A DNA stretch of 64,000 nucleotides, from assembly GCA_023229425.1 (NCBI GenBank), contig JALNZG010000006.1, positions 117,130 to 181,129 on the forward strand. The letters are read 5' to 3'. The stretch comes from Ignavibacteriaceae bacterium. Its GTDB lineage: Bacteria > Bacteroidota > Ignavibacteria > Ignavibacteriales > Ignavibacteriaceae. This document shows positions 61,693 through 64,000 of the stretch, one piece after another (position 1 is the first letter of the stretch; each line of letters opens with the position of its first letter). Position numbers and translations under genes: made by a program. Below the pieces are notes generated by a model. That model was not told the DNA's origin. It saw nothing but the letters and a program-made list of their open reading frames with translations, and made no database searches.

Positions 61693-64000
61693 ATGAAAAA
61701 ACTTTTCATTTTAATTATGTCATTCTTTTTCGCAATGCAGTCATTCGGACAATACGCATCCATCTGGGATCAAGTACCGGGTAAAATTAAAGTGAAAAAA
61801 TCTTTTAAACGATTAGAATGGTTTTACCGGCAGCGGGCTTTCCCATTAGACACGATTCCACTAACAAATTATTTTAAGGAAAAAGAAAAACAAATTTCAG
61901 TTGATAAAATCTCTCTCTCAAAAAGTAAGGCTTTGGTTTCATGGTCTGCTATAGGACCAAAATCTATCACCTCCGGATGGCCTACCATTTGGGGGAATTT
62001 TAGCGGAAGGATTCGCGGTATAGCAATTCATCCGGCAGATCCAAATATTGTTTATATCGGTGCGGCTTCCGGTGGAATTTGGAAAACCACTAATGGAGGA
62101 ACCACGTGGCAGGATTTATCAAGTCAATTTGAACTTTTAACTTTTGGCGCAATAGCCATTGACCCGCAAAACCCCGAAACTGTTTACGCCGGAACAGGAG
62201 AATTGCTCGCCGGATGGGATATGAATACCTATTCCGGTGATGGCATTTATAAAACAACGGACGGAGGAAGCACCTGGGCGAAAACCAATCAAGGAATTGG
62301 AAGCTCAACTCACATTGCTGCAATTGCGGTCAGTCCGAATAATTCAAATATAATTCTAGCAGCATTAGCGAGCGGAAATTGGTTTAAAGGAGATATGTCA
62401 AACGAAGGAATTTGGAGAAGTAGCGACGCAGGCGTAACATGGACAAGAGTGAAATCTTTACAAGACCCGAATGAAATTGTTTTCCACCCTACTGATGTTA
62501 ACAGAGTTTATTTTTCTTGCGGCGGTGGTTATACAACTGCGGGAGTTTATTATTCAACTAACGCCGGTACAAACTGGATTCAATCTAATGCAGGCTTACC
62601 TGTTACTTCATCAATTATGCGAATACAAATTGCCCTTGCAAATTCTACTCCCTCAACTCTTTACTCATATATTTATACTACTGAAACTGATTTAATATCC
62701 AAAGCTTACAAATCCACTGATAATGGAACAAATTGGATTCAAATTTCCACTACAAAAAATCTTGGCGGAAGTTATGACGGTTCTACCTGGGATGACCAAG
62801 GTTGGTATGATCTAACTTTAGCAGTAAAACCTACTGATCCGAACTTTGTTTTGTTTGGAAATATAGAACTGCATAAAACAACGAACGGTTCGAGCATTAA
62901 TGTTGTGAGAAATGTGTCCGGTCCATTTAGCGGAACAACTGCATGGGACAGCCCCATGCATGTTGATTATCATAAAATTGTTTTTGCTCCGTCGAATTCT
63001 AATTATGTTTATACTGGTTCGGATGGCGGTATTTATAAATCCACAAACGGCGGAACTTCATGGTTTCATGTAAATAATTTGATTTCCACTCTTCAATTTT
63101 ATCGGCTTGCTTCTCATCCTACAAATGAAAATATTCTGCTTGGGGGGGCACAAGATAACGGCGTTTTCAGAACAACCAATAAAGGAACTTCGAGTTGGAG
63201 TTTTGTAAGTACAGGTGATGGAATGGAATGTTTCTATGATTACACTAACCCAAACATTGTTTACTACAGTACCCAGCAAGGAAGTCTCGTTAAATCTACT
63301 GATGGGGGAGTAAGTAACTGGAACGATATTACTCCTATTTGGGATGCAACTTCTGCTTGGACTACTCCATTTGCGATGCACGTAACCGATCATACTATTC
63401 TCTACACGGCTTCAAAAAGTTTTTGGAAATCCACAAACTCAGGTTCATTATGGACGAACATATCTCCTAATGCAGCAACTAAGACTATTATTTCTTTCGA
63501 TCAAAGTAAGGTAAACACCAACAACTTTATTTTTGTTGCAGGTGAATATTCAACTTCACCGCAAATTAAAATTTCAACCAATGGCGGTATAACATGGGTG
63601 GATAGAACTTCAAAAATTCCTACTCCCAATAATTATATTGCACGGGTTGTAACTGATCCGAATGATGCAAATACCGTTTATTTTGTCCGCTCCGGTTTTG
63701 GTGCGGGAAAAGTTTTTCGTTCAACTGATTTGGGTAACAATTGGACTAACATCAGCGGAAATTTGCCGGATGTACCTTGCAGTGATCTTTTTATTGATCC
63801 GGTGAACACTGCATACATGTATGTTGGAAATGATTTTGGCGTTTATTACACTACAAACAGCGGAACAAGCTGGAGCAGATTAGGAAACGGAATGCCTTAC
63901 GTTCCCGTTTTGGATTTCAGTTACTTTAATAATGGAATAAAAAGATTATTGCGCGCAGCTACACATGGTCGCTCCGCATTTGAAATTAATCTAAATGATA
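61693..64000 (+). CDS. Secreted BNR/Asp-box beta-propeller (VPS10/GH74-like) protein, runs off the window
   Basis: Absent from the ORF track because it has no stop; MKKLFILIM signal; repeated KTTNGGTTW / KTTDGGSTW / KSTDNGTNW; AATHGRSAF. Confidence 0.88.
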   Translation, partial: MKKLFILIMSFFFAMQSFGQYASIWDQVPGKIKVKKSFKRLEWFYRQRAFPLDTIPLTNYFKEKEKQISVDKISLSKSKALVSWSAIGPKSITSGWPTIWGNFSGRIRGIAIHPADPNIVYIGAASGGIWKTTNGGTTWQDLSSQFELLTFGAIAIDPQNPETVYAGTGELLAGWDMNTYSGDGIYKTTDGGSTWAKTNQGIGSSTHIAAIAVSPNNSNIILAALASGNWFKGDMSNEGIWRSSDAGVTWTRVKSLQDPNEIVFHPTDVNRVYFSCGGGYTTAGVYYSTNAGTNWIQSNAGLPVTSSIMRIQIALANSTPSTLYSYIYTTETDLISKAYKSTDNGTNWIQISTTKNLGGSYDGSTWDDQGWYDLTLAVKPTDPNFVLFGNIELHKTTNGSSINVVRNVSGPFSGTTAWDSPMHVDYHKIVFAPSNSNYVYTGSDGGIYKSTNGGTSWFHVNNLISTLQFYRLASHPTNENILLGGAQDNGVFRTTNKGTSSWSFVSTGDGMECFYDYTNPNIVYYSTQQGSLVKSTDGGVSNWNDITPIWDATSAWTTPFAMHVTDHTILYTASKSFWKSTNSGSLWTNISPNAATKTIISFDQSKVNTNNFIFVAGEYSTSPQIKISTNGGITWVDRTSKIPTPNNYIARVVTDPNDANTVYFVRSGFGAGKVFRSTDLGNNWTNISGNLPDVPCSDLFIDPVNTAYMYVGNDFGVYYTTNSGTSWSRLGNGMPYVPVLDFSYFNNGIKRLLRAATHGRSAFEINLND

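Overview
AT-rich bacterial chromosome segment. Gene content (T9SS-type C-terminal domains, DUF4835, Fib_succ_major proteins, spt) fits Ignavibacteriota or a related Bacteroidota-Chlorobiota lineage; this is inference. Housekeeping blocks are a dcp-like M3 peptidase, nfeD, def-fmt-cbs-cgl-murB-tgt-yajC-ribBA, a probable cerR/spt/bCerS ceramide trio, and fur-feoA-feoB. Accessory blocks are rhuM/HNH (6.5-10.2 kb), a Y1 transposase with GTAG hairpins (22.4-23.2 kb), three Fib_succ_major genes (28.5-33.9 kb) and a two-component cluster (42.7-51.6 kb). Main signals: (1) a family of 14-20 bp GC-rich palindromes that behave as insertions, with filled and empty sites both visible and two clean 18-bp in-frame copies inside genes; (2) three colinear 207-nt segments with a DGR variable-region signature but no RT or template here, one on a receptor-like pseudokinase; (3) heptamer arrays starting at the stop codons of unrelated genes; (4) a histidine kinase whose sensor resembles a VUT/YhhQ transporter. 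No rRNA, tRNA or CRISPR array was recognised. All family calls are by-eye motif recognition, not database searches.
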